Part shown: in pieces, positions 38,704 to 48,439 of the stretch
Numbering within the stretch: position 1 is the first letter of the stretch
Layout of the letters: every line of letters starts with the position of its first letter
Assembly: GCA_965205265.1 (NCBI GenBank)
Contig: CBDBGH010000003.1
Location: forward strand, 1,952,001-2,016,000
DNA from: Alphaproteobacteria bacterium
Lineage (GTDB): Bacteria > Pseudomonadota > Alphaproteobacteria > Bin95
Direction of reading: 5' to 3'
Length of the DNA stretch: 64,000 bases
Made by a program: the position numbers and the translations under genes
The notes under the pieces: generated by a model
Databases searched by the model: none
What the model was told of the DNA's origin: nothing
What the model saw: the letters and a program-made list of their open reading frames with translations, nothing else

Positions 38704-40340
38704 GGCGAATAGCCCCTCGGCGTCACGACCCGCCCTGCGACAACGGTCGTCTGGCTGTTGCCCACGATCAGCACGGTGGTCATGTCCACGGCCTCGCGGT
38801 CGAGGCCGGCCAGCGTCTCGACGGCCACCAGTTCGTCCCGGCGGCCGAGATTCCGGGCCCTGACGACCGGCGTTTCGGGGGCCCGGTAGCGCGCAAGCAC
38901 GGCAAGCGCCTCTTCGAGCGGCCGGCGGCGTTCTTTCGAGGCCGGGTTGTAGAAGGCGATCACGAAATCCGCCGCAGCGGCCGCCTCGACCCGGGCGCGA
39001 ATGGTCTCCAGCGGCGTCAGCAGGTCCGAGAGGGAGATGACGGAAAAATCGTGGCCGAGCGGCGCGCCCGCCTTCGCGCTCGCGGCCTGCATGGCCGAGA
39101 CGCCGGGCAGTACCGTCACCGGCACGGCGCCGCCGCTGCGTTCCAGCGCCAGCCCGGCGAGCGCATAAATGCCGGCGTCGCCCGAGGCGAGCAGCACGAC
39201 GGCCCTGCCTTCGCGCGCGAGCCGGAGAGCCAGGTCCGCCCGCTCGCTCTCCTCGCCGATCGCCAGCCTGTGGCGCCGCTTCGTCCCGGTAAGGTCGGCA
39301 ACCAGGTCGAGATAAGGGCCGTAGCCGACGATATCGCTGGCATACGCAATGGCGGCCTCCACCTCGGCCGTTCGCATGGCGGGAGCGCCGGGGCCTATGC
39401 CCGCCACCGTCAGCCGGCCCTTCGGCGGCGCAATCCGGGCGACGGCGCAGGTGACGCGCCGCCCGATCCGTTTCGGCACGGCCAGAACCGCCCCCTCGCC
39501 GGCGGCGGCGAGCGCGGCGGCCTCCGCGACGCTCGCCGTGCCGACCGCGGCGGCAACTGCCGGGGACGGGTTCGGCGCCTCGATCCGGTCGAGCGCCGCC
39601 GCGTCGAAGAGGCGTATCGGCAGATCGAGCGCAGCGACTGCGGGCTCATCCCCCTTGAGGTCGAGCGTCGCCACGGCGGCGAGCGAGGCCCGCGCCAGCC
39701 CCTCGCTCTCCAGGGTTCGAGCGACATGGTCCAGCAGCAGGCCGGCAGGCGCCCCGCGTTCCAGCCCGACGCCGAGGATGAGGCTTGGCGGACGAAGGAT
39801 CAGTTCGTCCCGTCCGGGAGAGAGAGACCGGTCGGTGACCCGCACCGCCAGCCGTCCCTCCTCCGACCAGGGCAGCGGCGCAAGCCACCCGGCATCGCCC
39901 GCCTCGACTTCCAGGCGCACCGGCTCTCCGGCGATCAGCGCCGCCATGACCGGTTTGGCCGTTTCGGGATTGGCGAAGGTCCAGCCCGGCGGCGGGTCGT
40001 CCAGCGCCACGCCGAACAGGACGTCGCTGGCCGTGGTCACGGCCGCCTGCACGCCGAGCGTCCGGGCGATCCGGCGGGCCAGCCGGTTGGCGCCCCGATG
40101 GCCGCCGAGCAGCGGCACTGCGGCGCTGCCGTCCTCCGCAACGACGACGACCGGCGGCTCTTCGCGCTTGTCGGCCAGAAGCGGCGCCAGCCGCCGGACG
40201 GCGATACCGGCAGCCATTATGGCGACGACAGGCTCGCCCGCGCGAAACCGACCCTCCATCTCGTCCAGCGGCACGGCTTCGAGGCCGAGCCGGCCCGCAA
40301 GGCTTGCGCCGCGCTCCGTCAGCACCACCGCGACCGTCAC
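38700..40340 (-). CDS. cobJ: CbiG-CobJ(CbiH) fusion: cobalt-precorrin-5A hydrolase plus precorrin-3B C17-methyltransferase
   Basis: N-terminal MAAGIAVR, DKREEPPVVVV, LLGGHRGAN, TTASD, SVAEAAAL; C-terminal GIGPG, SGDAGIY, GAPLGHDFSVISLSDLLTP, YNPAS, TPRGY. Confidence 0.92.
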   Translation of the reverse strand: MTVAVVLTERGASLAGRLGLEAVPLDEMEGRFRAGEPVVAIMAAGIAVRRLAPLLADKREEPPVVVVAEDGSAAVPLLGGHRGANRLARRIARTLGVQAAVTTASDVLFGVALDDPPPGWTFANPETAKPVMAALIAGEPVRLEVEAGDAGWLAPLPWSEEGRLAVRVTDRSLSPGRDELILRPPSLILGVGLERGAPAGLLLDHVARTLESEGLARASLAAVATLDLKGDEPAVAALDLPIRLFDAAALDRIEAPNPSPAVAAAVGTASVAEAAALAAAGEGAVLAVPKRIGRRVTCAVARIAPPKGRLTVAGIGPGAPAMRTAEVEAAIAYASDIVGYGPYLDLVADLTGTKRRHRLAIGEESERADLALRLAREGRAVVLLASGDAGIYALAGLALERSGGAVPVTVLPGVSAMQAASAKAGAPLGHDFSVISLSDLLTPLETIRARVEAAAAADFVIAFYNPASKERRRPLEEALAVLARYRAPETPVVRARNLGRRDELVAVETLAGLDREAVDMTTVLIVGNSQTTVVAGRVVTPRGYSP

Positions 40341-41041
40341 AGCCAGGCCCTGCCCCGCTTGTGGAGGAGGATCGTCGAGAAATAGGGCACGTCCGCCGGA
40401 TCGACACGATCGAGCGGCAGGACGCGCTCGTCGGGGAGCCCGGCATGGATGACCAGCCGGGCGCGGTCCGCGAAGCCGAGGCGCATGAGCAGACCCCTCA
40501 CGCGCTCGAAATGCCGCCCGACCTTGACGAGAGCAACCGCATCGCAGGCCGAGAGGCGGGCTTCCAGTTCAGCGTCGCCGAGCGGGGCCGGCAGCACCGA
40601 AAGCACATCGTTGCGCGCCGCAAGCGCCCTGCCCGCCGCCGCCGCACAGGCCGTGAGCGACGACACGCCAGGCACCACCTCGACCGGCCAGTCCGCCGAC
40701 AGGCGGGCGAAGAGATAGAGGAAGGAGCCGTAGAAGAACGGGTCGCCCTGGCAAAGCACGGCGACGCCCCGCCCGGCTTCCAGATGCGCCTCGATATCCC
40801 TCAGCGCGCGGTCGTAAACGGCCTCGGCCGGAAAGCGCGCCGCCTGCATCGGCATGCGGATCGCCAGCTCTATCCGGCTGTCGTCCAGATGCGAAGCGAC
40901 GATGGAGCGCGCGAAGCTGGGGCCTTCCAGCGGGGCCGGGAAGGCAATCACTTCGGCCTTGCGGATGATGCGCAGGCCCTTCAGCGTCAGGAGTTCGGGG
41001 TCGCCCGGGCCGACGCCGACGCCGCAGACCCAGCCGCTCAC
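40337..41041 (-). CDS. cobI: precorrin-2 C20-methyltransferase
   Basis: GVGVGPGDPELLTLK, LCQGDPFFYGSF, VPGVSS, KVGRHF, PYFS. Confidence 0.93.
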   Translation of the reverse strand: MSGWVCGVGVGPGDPELLTLKGLRIIRKAEVIAFPAPLEGPSFARSIVASHLDDSRIELAIRMPMQAARFPAEAVYDRALRDIEAHLEAGRGVAVLCQGDPFFYGSFLYLFARLSADWPVEVVPGVSSLTACAAAAGRALAARNDVLSVLPAPLGDAELEARLSACDAVALVKVGRHFERVRGLLMRLGFADRARLVIHAGLPDERVLPLDRVDPADVPYFSTILLHKRGRAWL

Positions 41042-42249
41042 GAGGCAGCCCGCCACGGTTTGCGCGCGGCCCACTGCGTCACCGACATGGCGGGCCGGAA
41101 GGCGTTGAAGCGTCCGACCGGCCCGAGCACCTCCACCGTCTCGACCGAGATGCGGTAGAGGTCGCCGCCCAGTTCGGACCGTGCCCGGACCAGCCGCGCC
41201 TCGCCCTCCAGCGTGACCGCATTGGCCACGATGCGCCCGCCCGGCCGGAGCGCCTCCCACGCAGCCTCGATGACGCCCCCGGTGCTGAGGCCGCCGCCCA
41301 CGAACACGGCGTCCGGTTCCGCCAACCCCTCTAGAGCCGCCGGCGCCTCTCCGGCATGGATTTCCAGCCCCGGCGCACCCAGTTCCTCCGCATTGCGCGC
41401 CATCGCCGCGCGCCGGGAGGCGAGAGGCTCGACCGCGTCCGCCGTTCCCCCGGCCCTCATCCACTCGATGCCGATTGCCCCCGACCCCGCCCCGACATCC
41501 CAGAGATGCGCGCCCGCCGTCGGCGCGAGCAGGGCGAGCGTCGCCGCGCGGATATGGACCTTGGTCAGCATGCCGTCATGCTCGAAGAACTCGTCCGGGA
41601 GGCCCGGCGCGCGGGAGAAGACATGCGCGCCGTCGCCGGCGACGCATTGGATGGCGAGCGTATTGAGGTCAGGGACCTCCGCGGCCCAGCGATCGGCCCG
41701 CCCTTCCGTGCTTGTCTCAAGAGGGCCGCCCATATGGGCCAGCGCCGTCATGCGGCTGGCGCCGTAGCCGCGGCGGGTGAGCCAGTCCGCGACGCGCGCG
41801 GGCGTGCCGTCGTCATGCGACAGCGCCAGCAGTCTTGCGCCGGGCGCGACATGCAGCGCGAGCAGGCCGAGGGGCCTGCCGTGCAGCGACAGCGCCGCCG
41901 CGCTCTCCAGCGGCCATGCAAGCCGCGCTGCGGCCAGCGAGAACGCGCCGACGGCGGGCAGGATGCGCATTTCCTCCGCCGGCACCCGCCGCGCCAGGGA
42001 TTTGCCGATGCCGAACCACATCGGGTCGCCGGTCGCCAGCACGACGGTCGGGCGCGGGCGGCGCGCGAGGATGGCATCGAGGGTCCGGGACAGCGGACGC
42101 TGCCAGGTCATCCGCTCCGCCGGACCCGCCCCGGCAAGCGCCAGGTGACGTTTGCCGCCCACCAGGAACTCCGCGTTCTCGACGATGGCGCGGCGCGCCG
42201 GTTCGAGGCCGTCCTCGCCGATGCCGAGCACGGTGAGCCAGGGCGTCAC
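41038..42249 (-). CDS. cobL: precorrin-6Y C5,15-methyltransferase (CbiE-CbiT fusion)
   Basis: LGIGEDG, LATGDPMWFGIG, SLHGR, HDGMLTK, WDVGAGSG, FVGGG, ANAVTLE. Confidence 0.93.
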   Translation of the reverse strand: MTPWLTVLGIGEDGLEPARRAIVENAEFLVGGKRHLALAGAGPAERMTWQRPLSRTLDAILARRPRPTVVLATGDPMWFGIGKSLARRVPAEEMRILPAVGAFSLAAARLAWPLESAAALSLHGRPLGLLALHVAPGARLLALSHDDGTPARVADWLTRRGYGASRMTALAHMGGPLETSTEGRADRWAAEVPDLNTLAIQCVAGDGAHVFSRAPGLPDEFFEHDGMLTKVHIRAATLALLAPTAGAHLWDVGAGSGAIGIEWMRAGGTADAVEPLASRRAAMARNAEELGAPGLEIHAGEAPAALEGLAEPDAVFVGGGLSTGGVIEAAWEALRPGGRIVANAVTLEGEARLVRARSELGGDLYRISVETVEVLGPVGRFNAFRPAMSVTQWAARKPWRAAS

Positions 42250-42857
42250 GGCGCAGTCTCGGAGGGGTACAACAATGCGTTTACGGCTGCCGCCGCGAGC
42301 GCGCTGCCGCCGAAGCGGCCCCGGAGCGCGATATGCGGCAGGCCGCTTTCGACAAGCGCCGCCTTCGACTCGGCCGCGCCGACGAAGCCCACCGGAAACC
42401 CGAGGACCGCCAGCGGCGGCGGCGTGCCCGCGGCCACGAGCTCAAGCAGCCTGAAGAGCGCCGTCGGGGCATTGCCGACCGCTATAACGGCGCCGCCGAA
42501 GCGCTCCGCCAGCGCGTCCATCGCAGCCATGGCCCGCGTATTGCCGCCGGCGCGCGCCGCCTCCGCGACCGCAGCGTCGTCTATGGCGCAGACGGCGTCG
42601 CACCCGATTACGCCCTCGGCCGTCATGCGGGTGTCGGCGATGACGGGCGCTCCCGCCGCCAGCCCGGCTTCCGCGCGCTCGACAACGCCCGCGCTCAGGA
42701 CAAGGTCCCTCACGATCTCCGGCCGGCCGCAGGCATGGACGAGCCGCAAGGCAAGCCCGGCGGCGCGCGGCGGCAGGCCCGACAGGTCGGTTTCCTCGCG
42801 CGCCATGCGGAAGGAAAGCCGGTAGATCGCCGCCGGATCGCGCAGATATGTGTGCAT
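42246..42857 (-). CDS. cobH: precorrin-8X methylmutase
   Basis: YLRDPAAIYRLSF, RLVHACG, GNAPTALF, GFPVGFVGAAESK, GGSALAAAAVNAL. Confidence 0.95.
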   Translation of the reverse strand: MHTYLRDPAAIYRLSFRMAREETDLSGLPPRAAGLALRLVHACGRPEIVRDLVLSAGVVERAEAGLAAGAPVIADTRMTAEGVIGCDAVCAIDDAAVAEAARAGGNTRAMAAMDALAERFGGAVIAVGNAPTALFRLLELVAAGTPPPLAVLGFPVGFVGAAESKAALVESGLPHIALRGRFGGSALAAAAVNALLYPSETAP

Positions 42858-42862
42858 CGGTG

Positions 42863-43789
42863 TCAGTGGGAGTGGCCGTGCCCATGCTCGTGGGAATGGT
42901 CGTGCCCGTGCTCATGGGAATGCGAGTGTCCGCCGCCGCGCACATGGTGGTGATGGCCCGCCTGCGGTGTGCCGACCTCGTCCTCTCGCCCGACGATCTG
43001 CTCCCGGTATTTGCAGAGCGCGCAATTCATCAGGTTGTCACCCGTCAGCGCGCCCCGGACACGTTCGGCGAAGCTGTCCAGCACCAGGGGATGGTCGTTC
43101 AGATAGGGCGCCTTGACGAAGGATATTCCGGGGTGGGCCGCCGCAACCTTGTCGGTCTGGTCGTAGATGCGCCGCACCAGGACGCCGGTGAACAGGAAAT
43201 AGGGGAAGACCACGATCCGCGGGAAGCCGAGCCGGGCGGCCCGCTCCAGCCCGGCATCGACGCGCGGGTGCGCAACCCCCGAATAGCAGGTCTCCGCCCA
43301 GCCGAAGCCCATGCCCTCCCAGAGCATCCGGGCGACCTTGCTGACATTGGAGTTGGCGTCCGGGTCGTTGGTTCCCCGCCCGACCACCATCAGCAGCGTC
43401 TCCGAGCGCGGCGTCTCCTCGCCGAGCACGCTCTCGATGCGCGCACGGGCGGCTTGTAGCAGCTTGGCGTCGATGGCGAGGTCGCGCCCGAGCCTTATGT
43501 CGATGTCGGGATGCGCATGCGCGAACTCGTTTATTTCCGAGGGCACGTCGTTCTTCACATGCCCGGCGGCGAACAGCATGCCGGGAACCGCCAGAATGCG
43601 CCGGTTGCCCCGCTGCACCAGCGCCTCCAGCCCCTCGCGGATCACCGGGCGGGCGAATTCGAGAAAGCCGATCTCCAGGTCGTAGTCCGGCAGGCGGGGT
43701 CGCAGCCCCTCGGCCAGGGACAGGAACTCCTGCACGGCATCGGCATCGCGGCTGCCGTGGCCGCAAACCATGACTCCGGTCTTGGGCAT
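42863..43789 (-). CDS. cbiX: sirohydrochlorin cobaltochelatase CbiX (long form, His-rich tail)
   Basis: CGHGSRD, GFLEFARP, LFAAGHVKND, GRGTND, FPYFLFTGVL, MNCALCKYR, C-terminal HHHH..HSHSHEHGHDHSHEHGHGHSH. Confidence 0.92.
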   Translation of the reverse strand: MPKTGVMVCGHGSRDADAVQEFLSLAEGLRPRLPDYDLEIGFLEFARPVIREGLEALVQRGNRRILAVPGMLFAAGHVKNDVPSEINEFAHAHPDIDIRLGRDLAIDAKLLQAARARIESVLGEETPRSETLLMVVGRGTNDPDANSNVSKVARMLWEGMGFGWAETCYSGVAHPRVDAGLERAARLGFPRIVVFPYFLFTGVLVRRIYDQTDKVAAAHPGISFVKAPYLNDHPLVLDSFAERVRGALTGDNLMNCALCKYREQIVGREDEVGTPQAGHHHHVRGGGHSHSHEHGHDHSHEHGHGHSH

Positions 43790-43821
43790 CGTGCCTCTCG
43801 TTTCGAGTAGAATCGCCGCCC

Positions 43822-44775
43822 ATGATAGACGGAACGGCAAGCATCGTCCCGATCCTGCTCGGCGCCTTGCTGCTGGACGCGGTGCTTGGCGACCTGCCGG
43901 CCCTGTTTCGCCGCGTGCCGCACCCGGTTGCCTTGATCGGGCGCATGATCGAGCGCGTGGATACCCGCCTCAACCGGCCCGAACGCCCGGCTGCCGACCG
44001 GCGGATGCGCGGGGCCTTCGCCCTGTTGGCCGTGACCGCAGCCGCCGCGGCGGCCGGCTGGGCGCTCAGCCTGCTCGGATGGCTGCCGACCCTGTTGCTG
44101 GCCTTCCTGCTCGTCGCGCAGCGCGGGCTGTACGACCATGTCTCGGCAGTTGCCGCCGGCCTCGATGCCGGCCTGCAACAGGGGCGCGAGGCCGTCTCCC
44201 ACGTCGCCGGACGCGATCCCGCCTCGCTCGACGCCCACGGCGTTGCGCGCGCCGGGATCGAGTCGTTGGCGGAAAACTTCTCCGATAGCGTGGTCGCGCC
44301 CGCTTTCTGGTTCCTGCTGCTCGGCCTGCCGGGGCTTTGCGCCTTCAAGGCGGTCAACACGCTCGACAGCATGATCGGCCACCGCACGCAGCGCCATGAG
44401 GCTTTCGGCGCCTGGTCGGCGCGGGCCGACGATATCGCCTGTTTCCTGCCGGCGCGGATTTCCGCACTCCTGCTCATGGGCGCGGCGTTCTGCTTCCGGC
44501 GGGCAAGCCCGCTCGGCGCATGGCGCGCCGTGATGAACGATGCGCACCGGCACCGCTCGCCGAACGCCGGCTGGCCCGAGGCGGCGATGGCGGGCGCGTT
44601 GGGGCTCGCGCTCGCCGGCCCCCGGCGCTATGGCGGCAGGGTGGTCGAGGACGCCTGGATGGGACGGGGGCGCAGCCGGGCCACGACAGAGGACATTCGC
44701 CGCGCCTTGCGCCTCTTCATTGCCGCATGCGCCCTGCACGCCTGCCTGCTGGCCGCATTATGGGCGACCGGTTAA
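43822..44775 (+). CDS. cbiB: adenosylcobinamide-phosphate synthase (CbiB/CobD)
   Basis: HPVALIG, ESLAENFSD, KAVNTLDSMIGH, SPNAGWPEAAMAGAL. Confidence 0.94.
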   Translation: MIDGTASIVPILLGALLLDAVLGDLPALFRRVPHPVALIGRMIERVDTRLNRPERPAADRRMRGAFALLAVTAAAAAAGWALSLLGWLPTLLLAFLLVAQRGLYDHVSAVAAGLDAGLQQGREAVSHVAGRDPASLDAHGVARAGIESLAENFSDSVVAPAFWFLLLGLPGLCAFKAVNTLDSMIGHRTQRHEAFGAWSARADDIACFLPARISALLLMGAAFCFRRASPLGAWRAVMNDAHRHRSPNAGWPEAAMAGALGLALAGPRRYGGRVVEDAWMGRGRSRATTEDIRRALRLFIAACALHACLLAALWATG

Positions 44776-44795
44776 CCGCTGCCGCATGGAAAAGG

Positions 44796-45473
44796 TCAGC
44801 CCAGCAGGGGCGCCAGGATTTCGTCGAGTTCGTCCGCGGTCAGCGCGCCCGGATGCTTGCGCCCGTCGATAATGAAACTCGGCGTTGAATCGATCTGGTA
44901 TTCCTCCTGGCCGGCCAGCCGTTCCTGAATAATTTTTTCCAGCCCCGTCTCGTCCTGAAGACACGCGCTTGCGCGCTCCTGGCTGAGGCCCGCGAGCTGG
45001 CCGAGACGCAGGAGTTCCGCCAGCGGGTTTTCGGAACGCGCCCAGCTTTTCTGGCCTTCGAAGAGCAATTGAAGGAAGGGGAAATAGCGTCCGGCCGGCA
45101 CGCATTCGGCAAGCGCCGCCGCGCGCAATGCGAGGCCGTCGAGCGGGAAATCGCGAAAGACGAGCTTCACCTTCCCGGTATCGATATAGGCGCTCTTCAG
45201 GTGCCTGTAGCCCTCGGCATGGAATTGCGCGCAATGCGGGCAGGTGAGCGATGAATATTCGACGATTGCGACTCTGGCGCTTTCCTCGCCGAGCACTCGT
45301 TCTTCCGGCCCGATTTCCGGATTCGAAACGGCGTCCGCCGCATGGGCCGCCACGCTGTCCAGCGGACTCACGGCAAGTTGCGAACCGGTCCGTCCGGCGA
45401 AAAAGGAGTTGTAGGCGGCGCTGACGATGACTGCGACCGCCACGACTACAACGACGGTCCATATGTTCCGCAT
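44796..45473 (-). CDS. DsbA-family thioredoxin-like protein
   Basis: N-terminal TM; EYSSLTCPHCAQFH, FRDFPLD, IDSTPSF. Confidence 0.9.
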   Translation of the reverse strand: MRNIWTVVVVVAVAVIVSAAYNSFFAGRTGSQLAVSPLDSVAAHAADAVSNPEIGPEERVLGEESARVAIVEYSSLTCPHCAQFHAEGYRHLKSAYIDTGKVKLVFRDFPLDGLALRAAALAECVPAGRYFPFLQLLFEGQKSWARSENPLAELLRLGQLAGLSQERASACLQDETGLEKIIQERLAGQEEYQIDSTPSFIIDGRKHPGALTADELDEILAPLLG

Positions 45474-45570
45474 TGGCACAGCCTCACCACAAGATGTCGT
45501 AAGCTAACTCGAAATTGAGGTATAAACAAGGCACCCGGAGTCAAAAAAATATAAGCCCCCGAAAGACTCT

Positions 45571-46053
45571 TTATAGGGAGGTCTTGCGGGATGCGGCCAG
45601 CCGCTTCTGCCGCGCCTGCACGGCGCCGCCCAATCGCGCGAGCGTGATGCTGAGTTCGGGGTCGGATATGCCGGACACCGCAACCGGTTCGGGCGCCGGC
45701 TCCATTGCGGGCCTTGCCGCCGGCGGCGGGTCGATGCGGCCCTGCTTCAGGACGATGCGCGTCACCGCCTTGCGCCCCAGAAACAGGTTCACCCGGTCCC
45801 GGATCGACGGCCCCTGGTGCTGGATATAGGTCGCCCAAGCTGACGCGACCCGCAGATGAAGCACGCCGCGGACCAGCCGCAGCGGCCGCGTCCATGTCGC
45901 GATGTCCGTTCCGACGACGCTTTCCCATCGTAGCAGCAGCCGCGTTTCCGAAAAGCCGTGCTTCCGGGCGGTCGGCGCGAGCCCTCGTTCCACCGCCGCC
46001 CCGACGGCCACAAACCGGCCCGTTCTGCGCCTGCCTGGGTTTCTCCCGGTCAT
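45571..46053 (-). CDS. DUF721 / DciA-family protein
   Basis: KHGFSETRLLLRWESVVG, LHLRV, IQHQ..IRDRVNLFLG; position between dsbA and mutY. Confidence 0.85.
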   Translation of the reverse strand: MTGRNPGRRRTGRFVAVGAAVERGLAPTARKHGFSETRLLLRWESVVGTDIATWTRPLRLVRGVLHLRVASAWATYIQHQGPSIRDRVNLFLGRKAVTRIVLKQGRIDPPPAARPAMEPAPEPVAVSGISDPELSITLARLGGAVQARQKRLAASRKTSL

Positions 46054-46139
46054 GCTTCCAGCATAACGGGACAAACCTCGATGACGGAGTCCCGGCGCTA
46101 TGATGGCCGGGGCCGCTTCGAGGGCGGCAGGGAGAGGCC

Positions 46140-47183
46140 ATGAAGGCGAAGGCGGAGGCGCTGCTTCGATGGTATGACGCGCATCGTCGCGAGCTCCCCT
46201 GGCGCGCGCCGCCGGGGGAGCGCGCCGAGCCTTACCGCGTCTGGCTGAGCGAGATCATGCTGCAGCAGACCGTGGCTGCCGCCGCCGGCCCTTATTTCCT
46301 CCGCTTCGTCGAGCGCTGGCCGGATGTCGGGGCGCTGGCCGCTGCCTCGCTGGACGAGGTGCTGCAGGCCTGGCAGGGGCTCGGCTACTACGCCCGGGCG
46401 CGCAATTTGCACGCCGCCGCCCGCATCGTCGCCGCGCGCCATGGCGGACACTTCCCCGACAGCGAGGCCGGGCTCCGCGCCCTGCCCGGCGTCGGCGCCT
46501 ACACCGCCGCCGCCATTGCCGCCATCGCGTTCGAACGCAAGGCGACGGTCGTGGACGGCAATGTGGAGCGGGTGATGGCGCGGCTCTTCCGCGTCGAAAC
46601 GCCGCTGCCCGCCGCGAAAAAAGCGATCCGCGATGCGGCAGCCCGGCTGACCCCGGACGAGCGTCCCGGCGATTATGCGCAGGCGGCGATGGACCTCGGC
46701 GCGACCGTGTGCCTGCCGCGCCGTCCCCGCTGCGGCGCCTGCCCCTGGTCGGGCGACTGCCTCGCCAGGGCGTCCGGGATTGCGGAGAGCCTGCCGGTCA
46801 AGGCTCCGAAGCGCGAGCGGCCGGTGCGGCGGGGCATCGCCTACTGGACCGAGGACGGCGCCGGGCGGGTCCTGCTCCGCCGCCGGCCGGAGAACGGCCT
46901 GCTCGGCGGCATGATGGAAGTGCCCTCGGGCCCCTGGGTCGAGGAGGGCCCGCCGCCGGAGGACCCGCCGGTCGAGGGCGCATGGGAGCCGCTTGGCGCG
47001 GTTGCCAGGCACGGCTTCACGCATTTCATCCTCGAACTGGACGTGCGGACCGGCAGGAGCGCTGCCGCCGCTCCCGAGGGCTGCGTCTGGGCCTCCCTCG
47101 ACGCTCTCGACGGCTACGCCCTGCCCACGGCCATGAAGAAGGTCGTCCGGCTTGCGCTCGACGGGAAGGATCGGCTAATCTGA
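46140..47183 (+). CDS. mutY: A/G-specific adenine glycosylase
   Basis: WYD..RRELPWR, PYRVWLSEIMLQQT, WQGLGYYARARN, LPGVGAYT, VDGNVERV, Fe-S cysteine cluster. Confidence 0.96.
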   Translation: MKAKAEALLRWYDAHRRELPWRAPPGERAEPYRVWLSEIMLQQTVAAAAGPYFLRFVERWPDVGALAAASLDEVLQAWQGLGYYARARNLHAAARIVAARHGGHFPDSEAGLRALPGVGAYTAAAIAAIAFERKATVVDGNVERVMARLFRVETPLPAAKKAIRDAAARLTPDERPGDYAQAAMDLGATVCLPRRPRCGACPWSGDCLARASGIAESLPVKAPKRERPVRRGIAYWTEDGAGRVLLRRRPENGLLGGMMEVPSGPWVEEGPPPEDPPVEGAWEPLGAVARHGFTHFILELDVRTGRSAAAAPEGCVWASLDALDGYALPTAMKKVVRLALDGKDRLI

Positions 47184-47187
47184 ACAT

Positions 47188-47625
47188 ATGAAGAACGACG
47201 GTGTCCTTCTCGCGCGCGGCGTGTGCCGGTTCCTGCGCCACGCCGGCTATGCGGTGCTGACCGAGTTCACCCTGCGCAACCGCCGCCGCGTGGACGTGAT
47301 CGCGCTCGCCGAGGACGGCCGGATTGCCGTTGTCGAGGTGAAATCCTCCGAAGCCGATTTTCGCGCGGACGCCAAGTGGCGGGACTATCTGGACTTCTGC
47401 GATGCGTTCTATTTCGCTGTTCCGGAAGGTTTTCCCAAACACCTGATCCCGGAAAGCTGCGGCCTGCTGGTCGCGGACGGCTTCGGCGCGGAACTGCTGC
47501 GCGAGCCGGAGGAAGGCCGGGTCAACCCGGCGCGGCGCAAGTCGCTCATCACCCGCTTCGCCCGCACGGCAGGCCTGCGCCTCCAGGCGCTGACGGACCC
47601 GGACAGCGCCTTCAGCGGTCGCTGA
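47188..47625 (+). CDS. mmcB: MmcB-family DNA repair endonuclease
   Basis: EFTL..RRVDVIAL, VEVKSSEADFRADAKWRDYLDFCDAFYFAVP, GLLVAD. Confidence 0.88.
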   Translation: MKNDGVLLARGVCRFLRHAGYAVLTEFTLRNRRRVDVIALAEDGRIAVVEVKSSEADFRADAKWRDYLDFCDAFYFAVPEGFPKHLIPESCGLLVADGFGAELLREPEEGRVNPARRKSLITRFARTAGLRLQALTDPDSAFSGR

Positions 47626-48376
47626 AGGCGGCGATCCGCTCGAAGGTCTCGGGGTCGTTGTAGGAGCGCGCCACCGCATCCACTTCACGCTCCAGCGCCT
47701 CCGCCACATCGCCGTATGCTGCGCGGTTGAGGGTCCGCTTCATGTCGCGGACGGCGCGCACCGGCAGCGCCGCCAGCCGCTCGGCCACGGCCTCGGCCTC
47801 GTCCAGCAGCGCATCGTCCGCCGCCACCCGCCAGGCGATGCCGAGTTCGTGGAGCGCGGCCGCGCCGTAACGCTCGCCCAGCATCAGCAGTTCCTTCGTC
47901 TTCTGGAGGCCGATCAGGTTCGGCAGGATGGCCGAGACGCCGCCGGTGACGAACAGGCCCCAGGACACTTCCGGGAAGAAGCCCCGCGCGCCCTCCGCCC
48001 AGATCGGGAAGTCGCAATTGAGCGCCCATTCGAAGCCGCCGCCGACCGCCCAGCCGTGGATCGCGCCGACCACCGGCACGTCTCCGAAGACGATGGCGCG
48101 CGTCACATCCTGAATGGCGTGCGCGCGCGCCCGTGCTGCGGCTTCGCTTCCCGCGATCTTCCGCGCCTTGAGGTCCGCGCCCGCGCAGAAGGCCCGTCCG
48201 GCTCCCCGAAAGACGATGGCGCGCGTGGCTTGGTTGGCGTTGGCGTCGCGGAACGCCTGCGTCAGCGCCGGAACCATCGCGTCGTCGATCGCGTTCAGCG
48301 CCTCGGGGCGGTTGAGCACGATATGGCGGACCGCGCCCCTTTGCTCGGTCAGAACGACGGACCCGGTTGCGGACAT
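47612..48376 (-). CDS. enoyl-CoA hydratase/isomerase family protein
   Basis: LNRPEALNA, AFCAGADL, GWAVGGGFE, FPEV. Confidence 0.9.
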   Translation of the reverse strand: MSATGSVVLTEQRGAVRHIVLNRPEALNAIDDAMVPALTQAFRDANANQATRAIVFRGAGRAFCAGADLKARKIAGSEAAARARAHAIQDVTRAIVFGDVPVVGAIHGWAVGGGFEWALNCDFPIWAEGARGFFPEVSWGLFVTGGVSAILPNLIGLQKTKELLMLGERYGAAALHELGIAWRVAADDALLDEAEAVAERLAALPVRAVRDMKRTLNRAAYGDVAEALEREVDAVARSYNDPETFERIAAFSDR

Positions 48377-48439
48377 GGCTTAGACCTCCTCGGCTGGCCG
48401 GCTATTGTAGCGGCTTCCGCCCGGGAGAACGCGCACGCC

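Noticed and set aside
42863-42960. Tandem-like nucleotide repeats
   Set aside because: Explained by the His-rich CbiX tail.
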